Below, in pieces: positions 53,304-61,225 of a stretch of DNA of 64,000 nt. Made by a program: the position numbers and the translations under genes. The DNA is from a virus. Its lineage: Duplodnaviria; Caudoviricetes. Below the pieces are notes generated by a model, which was not told the DNA's origin, ran no database searches, and saw only the letters and a list, made by a program, of their open reading frames with translations. The stretch is from the IMG/VR virus record IMGVR_UViG_3300033122_000343, one strand, 5' to 3'. Position 1 is the stretch's first letter. Each line of letters opens with the position of its first letter.

Positions 53304-53683
53304 AAGGATTTCATGATGCAATAGAAGATTCATGGGATAACCTTGATTGGAGAATACCAGAATTTAATTCACATACCATAATATTTGATGTGGTAGAGGT
53401 ATATGAAAAATGCAACGATGTAATTACTATAAACCTTGATCAAATTGCATGGAAAGGAAAACATATAAAAAACAGTTGCCGTGGAGAAAGATATGACAAC
53501 TGTGACATTTCGTTCCCACCAATCGTGACGAAGGCAACTAATCCTTTTTCTCTTCCTTTTAGATGTATAGATGGAAAACATAGATTAAGTAAAATGAGAG
53601 ACATGGGATATAAAACTGTTCTTTGTAATTACATCACACCTGAAAATTTAAAATCTCAAGGATACTATAAATTGTTTGAATAA
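53297..53683 (+). CDS. ParB/Srx-like N-terminal domain protein
   Basis: PPIV..IDGKHRL motif. Confidence 0.7.
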   Translation: MLEGFHDAIEDSWDNLDWRIPEFNSHTIIFDVVEVYEKCNDVITINLDQIAWKGKHIKNSCRGERYDNCDISFPPIVTKATNPFSLPFRCIDGKHRLSKMRDMGYKTVLCNYITPENLKSQGYYKLFE

Positions 53684-53709
53684 ATATCAGAGTACTATGC
53701 AGTATTATT

Positions 53710-53985
53710 ATGTCCTGTACTCCTGAATCTCTACTGAAGAAATATACCGAGGAACTGGCAGAATTAGAAAAATCACAAAAAGAACTGGAAGAATCATACG
53801 AAAAATATATTGCACTTGATAAACAATTAAACACAATAGAAGGAAAAATATCTGCACTCACAGAACTGATAACTCCTCATTCTCATATAGACTTAGAAAC
53901 TGACTATGGATCTTCTGCCGATGAACTATCAGAAATCTGGATAGATACTGACACACTTGATGGTACTGTTAATATTACTTATTAA
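53710..53985 (+). CDS. Acidic coiled-coil hypothetical protein
   Basis: ORF with ATAAATA upstream at 53680. Confidence 0.65.
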   Translation: MSCTPESLLKKYTEELAELEKSQKELEESYEKYIALDKQLNTIEGKISALTELITPHSHIDLETDYGSSADELSEIWIDTDTLDGTVNITY

Positions 53986-54521
53986 GAAGACTCAGGTGTT
54001 ACCATAACCCATAGTACAAGAGTATATCTGTCTCCATTAGTGGCAGCAGATACCTCATGAGGGTAGAAATAATTTGGAGGAAAGGTGATTGCTTCTCTTT
54101 TCTTTAATTTAACTTGATAGTTCTGCTTGGGAAAATTAAATACTCCACCATCATAATCATCAGTAAGAGCAATAATAATACTTAATACCCTCTGCGAAGA
54201 ATCATCATCATATAATCCATCTACATGTAGTACAGTTTCTCCCCAATGTTTCCTTACCACATAGGTTCCATAAGTTAATTCTTCAGGAAACCATTCATGA
54301 TCCTCCAGTACCTTGTCTATAATTCCTTCGACTACCTCATATACTTTTTCATCCTGCTCTGGATAATCATCAAGATCTAAGTTATAACACTCTACATTCT
54401 GATATTCATCTATTGTCTCTATCTCAGTATTGTCCTTTTCAGTTTTATGTAGGGCGATTAACTCGTCACATAGTTCCTGAGTTAATACATCTTTATAGAT
54501 TCTGATAGAATGATCCATCAT
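53982..54521 (-). CDS. 2OG-Fe(II) oxygenase (prolyl-4-hydroxylase-like)
   Basis: HVD, LSIIIAL.DDYDGG, FPP..YPHEV, G.RY. Confidence 0.88.
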   Translation of the reverse strand: MMDHSIRIYKDVLTQELCDELIALHKTEKDNTEIETIDEYQNVECYNLDLDDYPEQDEKVYEVVEGIIDKVLEDHEWFPEELTYGTYVVRKHWGETVLHVDGLYDDDSSQRVLSIIIALTDDYDGGVFNFPKQNYQVKLKKREAITFPPNYFYPHEVSAATNGDRYTLVLWVMVTPESS

Positions 54522-54613
54522 AAAAATTCAAAAACATCCATACATGCTGCTAATATTATAGACCCTATTATGATATAGGGCACCATTTTTAATGGTATTC
54601 GTCTACTGAACAT
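54518..54613 (-). CDS. 31-aa hydrophobic peptide MFSRRIPLKMVPYIIIGSIILAACMDVFEFL
   Basis: Hand translation; AAGGA upstream; ATGA coupling to the oxygenase. Confidence 0.5.
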   Translation of the reverse strand: MFSRRIPLKMVPYIIIGSIILAACMDVFEFL

Positions 54614-54846
54614 TATTTTTTCCTTTTGTCATTTTTTTTCTGCGAAAAAAATTTTCATATTTTAGATATTTAGAGGTCGAAATGTCACCTCTGTAGGTTA
54701 GGGACTTAAGCGTTTTTATTAACCGCCCCTTAATAAAATTTTAACATATAATTAACTGCTATTTTGAACTGTAAAAAATACCTAGAGCATATAATGTATT
54801 ATTTCGCAAGTGCTTTTGTGACAGTGTTAAGAGTTATTTTTCATTA

Positions 54847-54876
54847 TTTACAAATAGGGTTCAAATCCTTTATAAT
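54847..54876 (+). promoter_or_regulatory. sigma70-like promoter TTTACA-N18-TATAAT with GGTTCAAATC in the spacer
   Basis: Read directly; ATG 26 nt downstream. Confidence 0.7.
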
Positions 54877-54901
54877 AAGATCATACTTCGTCTATCTTAT
54901 T

Positions 54902-55627
54902 ATGACCTTTCCTTTTCTCAAGTTTTCTAAGGGTAACGCTAAACTAGATAAGAATACTCTTATCTTTAATCTACCAGCTGGGCGTACCTGTCCAGGTGCT
55001 AAAAACTGCCTGGCATTCGTAGTAAACGAAAATGGTAAACGAACTATTAAACGAAGCAAAGATACTGAGTTCAGTTGCTTTGCTGCTGATTCCGAGCAAA
55101 GATTCCCTAATGTATTTAATCAAAGAAAATACAATTTAGACCTTTTAAATAAATCTTTTAAAGAAAATGGTTTTAATGGTATGGTTAATTTAATTACTAA
55201 CTCATTAACCTATTATCAAGTGAAACATAATAATGTTTTTAAGGTCAGAATACATGAGTCAGGCGACTACTATTCAATGGATTATCTTAAAGCGTGGTTA
55301 GAAGTATGCGAAAATAAACCTAGTCTTAAGTTTTATTCTTACTCTAAGTCCTTAAATTTTTTCGATGGTTTAGCACTGCCTGAAAATTTCTATCTTACTA
55401 AGTCATACGGAGGGCGTTATGATCATCTTATAAAGGATAATGAGAGATCAGCGAAAGTAGTTTTCTCTGAGAGTGAAGCAATTAATCAGGGGTTAGCAAT
55501 TGATAAAGATGAATCGAACTGTTTTAAGGATGACCCCTTTGCCCTTTTAATCCACGGCAGACAGCAAGCGGGTACACATGCAAGTAAATCAGTCTGGGCA
55601 TTAAAGAATAAAAAGAGATCAGGTTAA
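54902..55627 (+). CDS. GP88-family protein (radical-SAM-like fold, Fe-S Cys motif)
   Basis: GNAKL..FNLPAGRTCPGA..C..C..RIHESGDYY..FYSYSKS; start re-assigned to ATG 54902. Confidence 0.8.
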   Translation: MTFPFLKFSKGNAKLDKNTLIFNLPAGRTCPGAKNCLAFVVNENGKRTIKRSKDTEFSCFAADSEQRFPNVFNQRKYNLDLLNKSFKENGFNGMVNLITNSLTYYQVKHNNVFKVRIHESGDYYSMDYLKAWLEVCENKPSLKFYSYSKSLNFFDGLALPENFYLTKSYGGRYDHLIKDNERSAKVVFSESEAINQGLAIDKDESNCFKDDPFALLIHGRQQAGTHASKSVWALKNKKRSG

Positions 55628-55638
55628 GATCTCTTTTT
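55610..55638 (+). terminator. Intrinsic terminator, potentially bidirectional
   Basis: AAAAAGAGATC-aggttaa-GATCTCTTTTT. Confidence 0.75.
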
Positions 55639-55649
55639 ATAATAAGGCA

Positions 55650-55676
55650 TAAAAAAAAGACCCCTTAAGGGTCTTT
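55650..55676 (-). terminator. Intrinsic terminator for the minus-strand gene
   Basis: A-tract then AAAGACCC-hairpin-GGGTCTTT. Confidence 0.75.
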
Positions 55677-55692
55677 ATATAAAGGGGGTTGA

Positions 55693-55989
55693 TTAGACCC
55701 GCCTTAGTAACTTTTGAGTTAGTGATCTCTTTTTACCTGTGTAATGGTAGTAAGCAGTTCTAGATCTCTTAAAAGCGTACTGTTTAATTGGTTCGTTGTT
55801 TCTGTCTGTCATCTTAACAAAACCAGTTTTAACAAGTGCTTCGAGGATTAACGCCCTATGCCCGTCTTTTCTATATTCCCAGTTATTAAAAGATGGGTGG
55901 CACTGTTTAACAATTTGTGTTAATGTGATCCCGTTTTCTGCCTTAATAATTGTTTTGAGAATCTGGCGAGCGGTTGGAAAATTGTTCAT
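55693..55989 (-). CDS. Basic hypothetical protein, possibly winged-helix DNA-binding
   Basis: ILKTI..GITLTQIV..LEALVKTGFVK..YHYT pattern; own promoter and terminator. Confidence 0.65.
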   Translation of the reverse strand: MNNFPTARQILKTIIKAENGITLTQIVKQCHPSFNNWEYRKDGHRALILEALVKTGFVKMTDRNNEPIKQYAFKRSRTAYYHYTGKKRSLTQKLLRRV

Positions 55990-56266
55990 AATAAATTAAT
56001 TAATTTGTTTACTCTTTTATAATATAATAAAATGGGTTCAAATCTATAAAAAGTGGACACTATTATTAGTGTCACAATCCCTGTAATATTTCTGTAACAT
56101 TTCCCCAAATGGTTCAAATCTATGTTATTATTATATTATAGAGATCTGGGGTAAGATCTATAAAATGTTCGACACTCACCCTGCCATAAAATAATTGTAT
56201 CAATATGTTACAAAATGCTGTCAAGTGCTTGTGTGCCACTTTGTGAACTGTCACACTCATGCTTAT

Positions 56267-56397
56267 TGAGAATGAGAATCAATTGCAATCTCACCTGTCT
56301 CATTCTTGTCTCAGTCTCATCAGTCTCAGTCTCATTAGTCTCATTTATTGAGAATTGTGAGACTGCTGAGATTTCTGAGATTGTCTCATCTGTCTCA
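56267..56397. repeat. Array of 15 TCTCA/TGAGA pentamers, mostly 9 or 6 bp apart
   Basis: TGAGA 56267, 56273, 56349, 56358, 56367, 56376; (G/A)TCTCA 56288, 56297, 56308, 56314, 56323, 56329, 56338, 56383, 56392. Confidence 0.88.
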
Positions 56398-56697
56398 TTC
56401 TTTATACTTAGTCATCGCAATCTATTTGGATTGTTTATAATTAGTAGGCACAATTTGCTCTGAATTCTTATTATATAATAACTGTAAATCCTCCCAGAAA
56501 AAAATATTTTGAGGTGCTGGATTTTTCTTAGAGAGGTCGCTAAGAGAACAATAACTTCACACTATTATAAGATAACTAACCCTTTATGTTATAATAACAG
56601 ATGCCTTATAAAATACACGAATATATTTAATTAAACCTTTTTAATATTTTAATAAACGAACACGAAAACGATACAAAACACGAAGTTTTAGACGAAT

Positions 56698-57033
56698 TTA
56701 TTCTCCTCCAGTATTATCACGAAGATAATCCAATTCATCAGACTCATTACTCTCACTAGATTCTGAACGAAGTGCGTCTGGATTGCGTGTAGATTCTGAA
56801 CACGAAGAAATATGCTCCCAAATATCCACGAAGTTTCTCAACCATTCTTTTTGGAACATAGTCAGATCTATATCCTGACCATAAAGATAATCTTCAGCAG
56901 ATAAAAAGTTCCCATCACCATTTCTTTTTAATTGTTGCAGTACACACCAATCAACATAAACAACATGTAGGAATCTATGGTACATGTTGTCAAACTTATC
57001 ATGTGACCATTCTTGTGAATTGCTTTCTGTCAT
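56698..57033 (-). CDS. Hypothetical protein
   Basis: Strong AAAGGAG RBS upstream. Confidence 0.7.
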   Translation of the reverse strand: MTESNSQEWSHDKFDNMYHRFLHVVYVDWCVLQQLKRNGDGNFLSAEDYLYGQDIDLTMFQKEWLRNFVDIWEHISSCSESTRNPDALRSESSESNESDELDYLRDNTGGE

Positions 57034-57067
57034 GATTCTCCTTTCTTTAATAATAACATGGTATACA

Positions 57068-57472
57068 TTATCTTATATAAAGATAACCTCCTGCCCATCC
57101 TGATACACCTAAGTTCTTAGCATTGTGTAAGAATTCTCTTTCTGTGATAATTCTCATATCAAATCTTACATGTTTTGCAGGAGCGTTCCATGAAGCAGGT
57201 TTGTAAACCTGTCCTGTTTTTCTATCAACAAATGCATGAACAGATCTTTCTTTGTACTGATTTGTTGCATACTGTCCCATGTCATCAAATTCCATAGAAA
57301 CAATCTTGTAATACTTTTTACCAGTTTTGACTTTATAATACTGTAAGTTCTCTCTATCTCTATAACCACTCTGTTCGTGATAATTACGATAGTTCTCTGT
57401 AATAGTATCAGCATAGGTTTGAGTCCATGCTTTGACTCTTGTTTCTAGTGATTGTTCTGTGATAGTTTCCAT
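57068..57472 (-). CDS. Conserved phage hypothetical protein
   Basis: GKKYYKIV..SVHAFVDRKTG.VYKPASW.APAK..GGYLY motif. Confidence 0.8.
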   Translation of the reverse strand: METITEQSLETRVKAWTQTYADTITENYRNYHEQSGYRDRENLQYYKVKTGKKYYKIVSMEFDDMGQYATNQYKERSVHAFVDRKTGQVYKPASWNAPAKHVRFDMRIITEREFLHNAKNLGVSGWAGGYLYIR

Positions 57473-57544
57473 AATAAGAAAATTGATTTATAATAGTATA
57501 TTAATCTATTTTTGGTTCATATCTATCGTCAGTGTGACAATTTT

Positions 57545-57784
57545 TTAAGTGTCTTTACCTTCTGATAAACTATCTAACAAGTTCATACTTCTCATTCCCG
57601 CAATCATATCATGCTCAATGTTCTCTTCCAATTGACTATCATATAGTCTTATTGAAAGTTCTGAATTCGATACATCATAACCGTCTCTGTTCAATGCATG
57701 CTCTACAATGTTCCATATTTTATGAAGTTCATCATCTTGTAAGAATGTTTGAACTGCATAATAATGTTCTGAATCAATGGTCAT
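57545..57784 (-). CDS. Hypothetical protein (MTIDSEHY...)
   Basis: Start re-assigned to ATG 57784, with AAGGA upstream. Confidence 0.7.
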   Translation of the reverse strand: MTIDSEHYYAVQTFLQDDELHKIWNIVEHALNRDGYDVSNSELSIRLYDSQLEENIEHDMIAGMRSMNLLDSLSEGKDT

Positions 57785-58004
57785 TATCCTTACCTTCTGA
57801 TAGACTATCAAGTTTTGATACTGTCCATTCAAATGGACTATCATCACATACTATTTCTAGCACCTCATTAAATGTGGTCTGGTCAATGTGATCTGGTATT
57901 CCCAAGTCATTAATGAATAAGACGATATCAGACACAACTGATTGCTGTTTATCTGAGAACTGAATAGTACGAGTCCACTCTACATCTTTGTTTCTGTTTT
58001 TCAT
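57774..58004 (-). CDS. Hypothetical protein
   Basis: Coupled small ORF. Confidence 0.7.
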   Translation of the reverse strand: MKNRNKDVEWTRTIQFSDKQQSVVSDIVLFINDLGIPDHIDQTTFNEVLEIVCDDSPFEWTVSKLDSLSEGKDNDH

Positions 58005-58228
58005 TAGAACATGACCTCATTAAATTTTTTTGGGTCATTGCACAATAAAGTAAGACCATTAACGATCATAGTATTGACAATACTTCTGTTCTCAGGAGTA
58101 TCGTTCATAGTAATATGTTCCCATACTCTATGATTTGCATAAGAGATTTGTTTTGGAGTGATCTCCTCTCTTTCGTATCCTTCAAATTGTTCTTTAACAA
58201 TCATTGGTACTGCATCAAATACGTTCAT
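58004..58228 (-). CDS. Hypothetical protein
   Basis: Small ORF after a promoter-like region. Confidence 0.7.
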   Translation of the reverse strand: MNVFDAVPMIVKEQFEGYEREEITPKQISYANHRVWEHITMNDTPENRSIVNTMIVNGLTLLCNDPKKFNEVMF

Positions 58229-58314
58229 GATCTTAAAAATGTGAATGACTTAATATAATATTAGTCTATACATGGTTCAAATCCATTGCTCTTGTGACAG
58301 TTTGACAACTGGTT

Positions 58315-58518
58315 TTATTGTTTATTTGAAAATCGTCTTTGACTCTCCTCTGTCCTTTTTTTATGACTCTCATAGTAAGTAAGAGAATCCTCTATTTTAT
58401 TCATTGCCGAAGTTAATATGGGATTCCGTTTCAATTCTGGTGAGACGTAATGTAACATCTGCATTTGATCAAATAATGTCTGTATTTCTTTTTGTGTGAA
58501 TGAAATTAAATGATTCAT
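58315..58518 (-). CDS. Hypothetical protein
   Basis: Coupled small ORF. Confidence 0.65.
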   Translation of the reverse strand: MNHLISFTQKEIQTLFDQMQMLHYVSPELKRNPILTSAMNKIEDSLTYYESHKKRTEESQRRFSNKQ

Positions 58519-58694
58519 TTATGATGGTTTATAAAAGGAATAAATTTGTCGACCTCCCATTTGTATGATACAATTTCTGAATTGTCTTTCCCCATTTCAA
58601 ATATTATTTGTTGGAGATTGTCACACAATTCAATTGGATTAATTTCATCGTCATCATCCAAACAGATTTTTACTGAAAATGTTGCTGTTTTCAT
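58515..58694 (-). CDS. 59-aa hypothetical protein (MKTATFSVKICLDDDDEINP...)
   Basis: Hand translation; ATGA overlaps at both ends. Confidence 0.7.
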   Translation of the reverse strand: MKTATFSVKICLDDDDEINPIELCDNLQQIIFEMGKDNSEIVSYKWEVDKFIPFINHHK

Positions 58695-59026
58695 TCGTAT
58701 ATGTTTCTTCTGTTTTTACTTCCTTTAGGTCTACCTCCTTTCTTACGACTACGCCAGTTATCAAATTTTTCTCTGATTATTAATCCTCTCCATAATCTAG
58801 TCTTAAAACGTACTTTGTCATGATCTCTTTCAATTGTAACTTCCAATGTACTATTGTCAGTTTCTAATACTTTTCCTTTGAATAAACGATTAGTAGTATT
58901 AAGAACTACATCTCCTACTACTATTTCTGAAAAATCTTGATAAGAATTTCTTTTGCTTTTGTTTGCACGAGAAATGTTTCCTCTAATAGATTGATATCTC
59001 GCTTGTTCTTCTTTTGAATAAGGCAT
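58691..59026 (-). CDS. Basic protein with SH3-like core and C-terminal AT-hook-like GRPKGS
   Basis: IVVGDVV..GKVLE..VTIE; RKKGGRPKGSKNR; AAGGAG RBS. Confidence 0.7.
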   Translation of the reverse strand: MPYSKEEQARYQSIRGNISRANKSKRNSYQDFSEIVVGDVVLNTTNRLFKGKVLETDNSTLEVTIERDHDKVRFKTRLWRGLIIREKFDNWRSRKKGGRPKGSKNRRNIYE

Positions 59027-59157
59027 TATGCTCCTTGATAAGATTTTTCAAGAGGAAAAACTTCCCCATCTTTGTCCAGTATCATGTCAAATACTTCGGT
59101 TTGTTCTTTGTTTAGATCGAAATCCATGTCTCTCAAAGTATCATACAATTTAGTCAT
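59026..59157 (-). CDS. 43-aa acidic hypothetical protein (MTKLYDTLRDMDF...)
   Basis: Hand translation; TAATG coupling. Confidence 0.6.
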   Translation of the reverse strand: MTKLYDTLRDMDFDLNKEQTEVFDMILDKDGEVFPLEKSYQGA

Positions 59158-59189
59158 ATGATATATTTGATTTGTTGTTAAGTAAATAT

Positions 59190-59343
59190 TCATGATGACA
59201 TCTCCTCAAATTCCTTTAATGCTCTTCTTCTGGCAACATTCTCAACAATGTTGTTAGGTTCTTGTGGGAACTCTCTTTGAATTCTTTCTACTTGTTTTTC
59301 AAATAACATTTCAAGTAGTTCAGTGTTTCCAAAATGACTCATA
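59190..59343 (-). CDS. Small hypothetical protein (MSHFGNTELLE...)
   Basis: Likely internal start of ORF 59190-59408 (approximate). Confidence 0.6.
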
Positions 59344-59411
59344 ATAAAATAATGAACTAATTCAATAATAATTTGGATTGATTTATAAAACAATATCAAA
59401 TGTGACAATAT

Positions 59412-59843
59412 TTAATTTGTCTTTGATATTGTTGATTGAAATTGTATAAAGTTATTCTTCCAAGTTTGATGATGATTTGCATGACATTTTTTGCATACTA
59501 TAATACACTTCTTCATTTCTTCTTCTGTTGCTTTTTTACCTAAAAATCCAACCATGTCACCCACTCCAATTTTGACCATCCTTCTTCCTTGTTTTCCTAA
59601 TTGGTTTTTGAGTCTTGCAAAATTTTTTGATGATGGTTCTACATGGTGATAATCAAATTCATCTATTCCTCCCTTGAAACCACACCATGCACATCCATCA
59701 ATACAATCTTGTGTTTTCTTTTCTCTGTACCATGCTCTAGTCCTATGTTTAGATTCTAATGCACGTTTCTTTGTTAATTCTTTGTTTCTTTCATACCATT
59801 GTTTTTTTGCTTCTGCTTGTTTGATTGGGTCTTTAAAAGGCAT
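59412..59843 (-). CDS. HNH-type endonuclease
   Basis: CAWCG..DYHHVEP..EEMKKCIIVCKKCH..H. Confidence 0.82.
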   Translation of the reverse strand: MPFKDPIKQAEAKKQWYERNKELTKKRALESKHRTRAWYREKKTQDCIDGCAWCGFKGGIDEFDYHHVEPSSKNFARLKNQLGKQGRRMVKIGVGDMVGFLGKKATEEEMKKCIIVCKKCHANHHQTWKNNFIQFQSTISKTN

Positions 59844-59862
59844 AATTCTAATAATTTCAAAT

Positions 59863-59892
59863 ATTTTAGCATAGATTTGAACCAGATGTCAA
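59863..59892 (-). promoter_or_regulatory. sigma70-like promoter TTGACA-N18-TAAAAT with GGTTCAAATC in the spacer
   Basis: Read directly, upstream of the HNH gene. Confidence 0.75.
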
Positions 59893-59922
59893 TTTATACA
59901 AAAATGTACAATACTATACCAT

Positions 59923-59991
59923 TTTGCTCCTCTCAGAATCGCTTCTAAGGTGCCTGTAATTAAGTCTAGGTATGATAGTAACCCCCAAAAA
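59923..59991 (+). repeat. 69-bp dispersed inverted repeat, copy A
   Basis: About 60/69 identical to the reverse complement of 62852-62920 by hand alignment. Confidence 0.88.
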
Positions 59992-59993
59992 AC

Positions 59994-60021
59994 AAAAAAA
60001 AGAGTCGTTTTTCAACGACTC
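59994..60021 (-). terminator. Intrinsic terminator
   Basis: GAGTCGTT-gaaa-AACGACTC followed by a U-tract on the minus strand. Confidence 0.82.
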
Positions 60022-60215
60022 CCCCAAATTAGCAAAATGACTTATTTACTTATGAAAGGGCATTATGAAAAGAGTTTCTCACGCTCTTGTTGACTCTCCC
60101 TAACATCCTCGATGGGAACTCATGTCATCTTTGATTGAAATTGGCACGTTACAAGTAGAGTCATCGGTAACATTTCTTTCAAAGGAGCAGTAATAAGTGT
60201 AACACATTACCCACA
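60022..60215 (-). ncRNA. Candidate multi-stem structured RNA (~200 nt), possibly manA-motif-like
   Basis: No convincing ORF; nested helices found by hand; TATACT upstream; terminator downstream. Confidence 0.55.
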
Positions 60216-60236
60216 AGTAGTATAAGGTTTTTATTT

Positions 60237-60992
60237 TTATTTGTCAACCCAATTATCGTAAACAAATGGAGCATGATCATAATGTTCTATGAAGTTGGAA
60301 ACACCAGAAAAATGAACTAATTTAATTTTTTCATTTATATTACCATAGTAATCGATCATCTTATTATGACTATCACATTTCTGTTTCCATTGCTCCTCTA
60401 GTAAAACATTTGCTGCTGCACCAGATTTACCTTTATACATTCCATATCTTGCAAACCACTCTTTTGGTAAATAAGTAATGTCTTGTTTTAAATGATCTAC
60501 TATGAATAATTGTTCTCCATGAAGATAAGGAGATTTACCAGTTCTATGATAATAATGTTGCCAATATTCTGGATTTTTTAAAAATTCATCTCTTAAATAT
60601 TTTGTTTCTCCTTGATAAAACATTTGAAATCCACCATTGATTTTATTACCTCCCCACCATTTGTCACATGCTCCAAAATTTCCTTTTGGTAAATCAAAAT
60701 TTATAATGTCATCTATATTACCAGTAACTACGACATCAATATCCATGATGAAACATTTCTCTCCTGTTAGGAATGGCATATTGTGAAAGTCGAATTTATA
60801 CCAATGCTGTCTTATTTCATTTCTTTCAATTAATGGGATTATATGAATATTTTTATCTAATCCTTGGGAATTTTCTGTATAACAAAAAAACTCAAGAGGA
60901 ACTGTTGAGTTTCTCTTGAGTCCTTTATAAAGTCTGTTTACATAATGGGGAGAATACTTATTCCCAACTTTAAGAGTTAGAACATTAAGCAT
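60237..60992 (-). CDS. GT-A-fold glycosyltransferase-like protein
   Basis: KY..YVNRLY..FFCYTE..WYKF..MDIDVVV (DxD)..INGG..GEQ..VHFSG. Confidence 0.8.
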   Translation of the reverse strand: MLNVLTLKVGNKYSPHYVNRLYKGLKRNSTVPLEFFCYTENSQGLDKNIHIIPLIERNEIRQHWYKFDFHNMPFLTGEKCFIMDIDVVVTGNIDDIINFDLPKGNFGACDKWWGGNKINGGFQMFYQGETKYLRDEFLKNPEYWQHYYHRTGKSPYLHGEQLFIVDHLKQDITYLPKEWFARYGMYKGKSGAAANVLLEEQWKQKCDSHNKMIDYYGNINEKIKLVHFSGVSNFIEHYDHAPFVYDNWVDK

Positions 60993-61125
60993 TTAGAACG
61001 TAAACATTTTTTGTGTTGGAGTACATGTTCTCAAAAACCTTGATTGCATGCTGAATAGAAATCGCTGTGATTTCTCTTTCAATCCTCCAACCTTCAACGA
61101 TTCCTGATACTGTGAAATTAGTCAT
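60985..61125 (-). CDS. 46-aa hypothetical protein (MTNFTVSGIVEGWRIERE...)
   Basis: Hand translation; AAGGAG RBS. Confidence 0.65.
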   Translation of the reverse strand: MTNFTVSGIVEGWRIEREITAISIQHAIKVFENMYSNTKNVYVLNA

Positions 61126-61225
61126 AATACTCCTTGTGTAATACGGTTGGTCTTACAGGGATTAATGGTAAACCAATTGTTGCCTAGTGGGATGCTAATA
61201 GCAAACATCCACATGCCATACCTTT

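Noticed and set aside
54764-54901. N-terminal extension of the GP88-like ORF
   Set aside because: Spans the promoter; family-like sequence begins at ATG 54902.
56215-56463. 82-aa ORF over the TCTCA array
   Set aside because: Low-complexity VS-rich translation of the DNA repeat, with no RBS; more likely non-coding.
58270-58287. tRNA genes suggested by GGTTCAAATCC T-loop-like sequences
   Set aside because: No acceptor, D or anticodon arms around any copy; they sit in AT-rich promoter regions.
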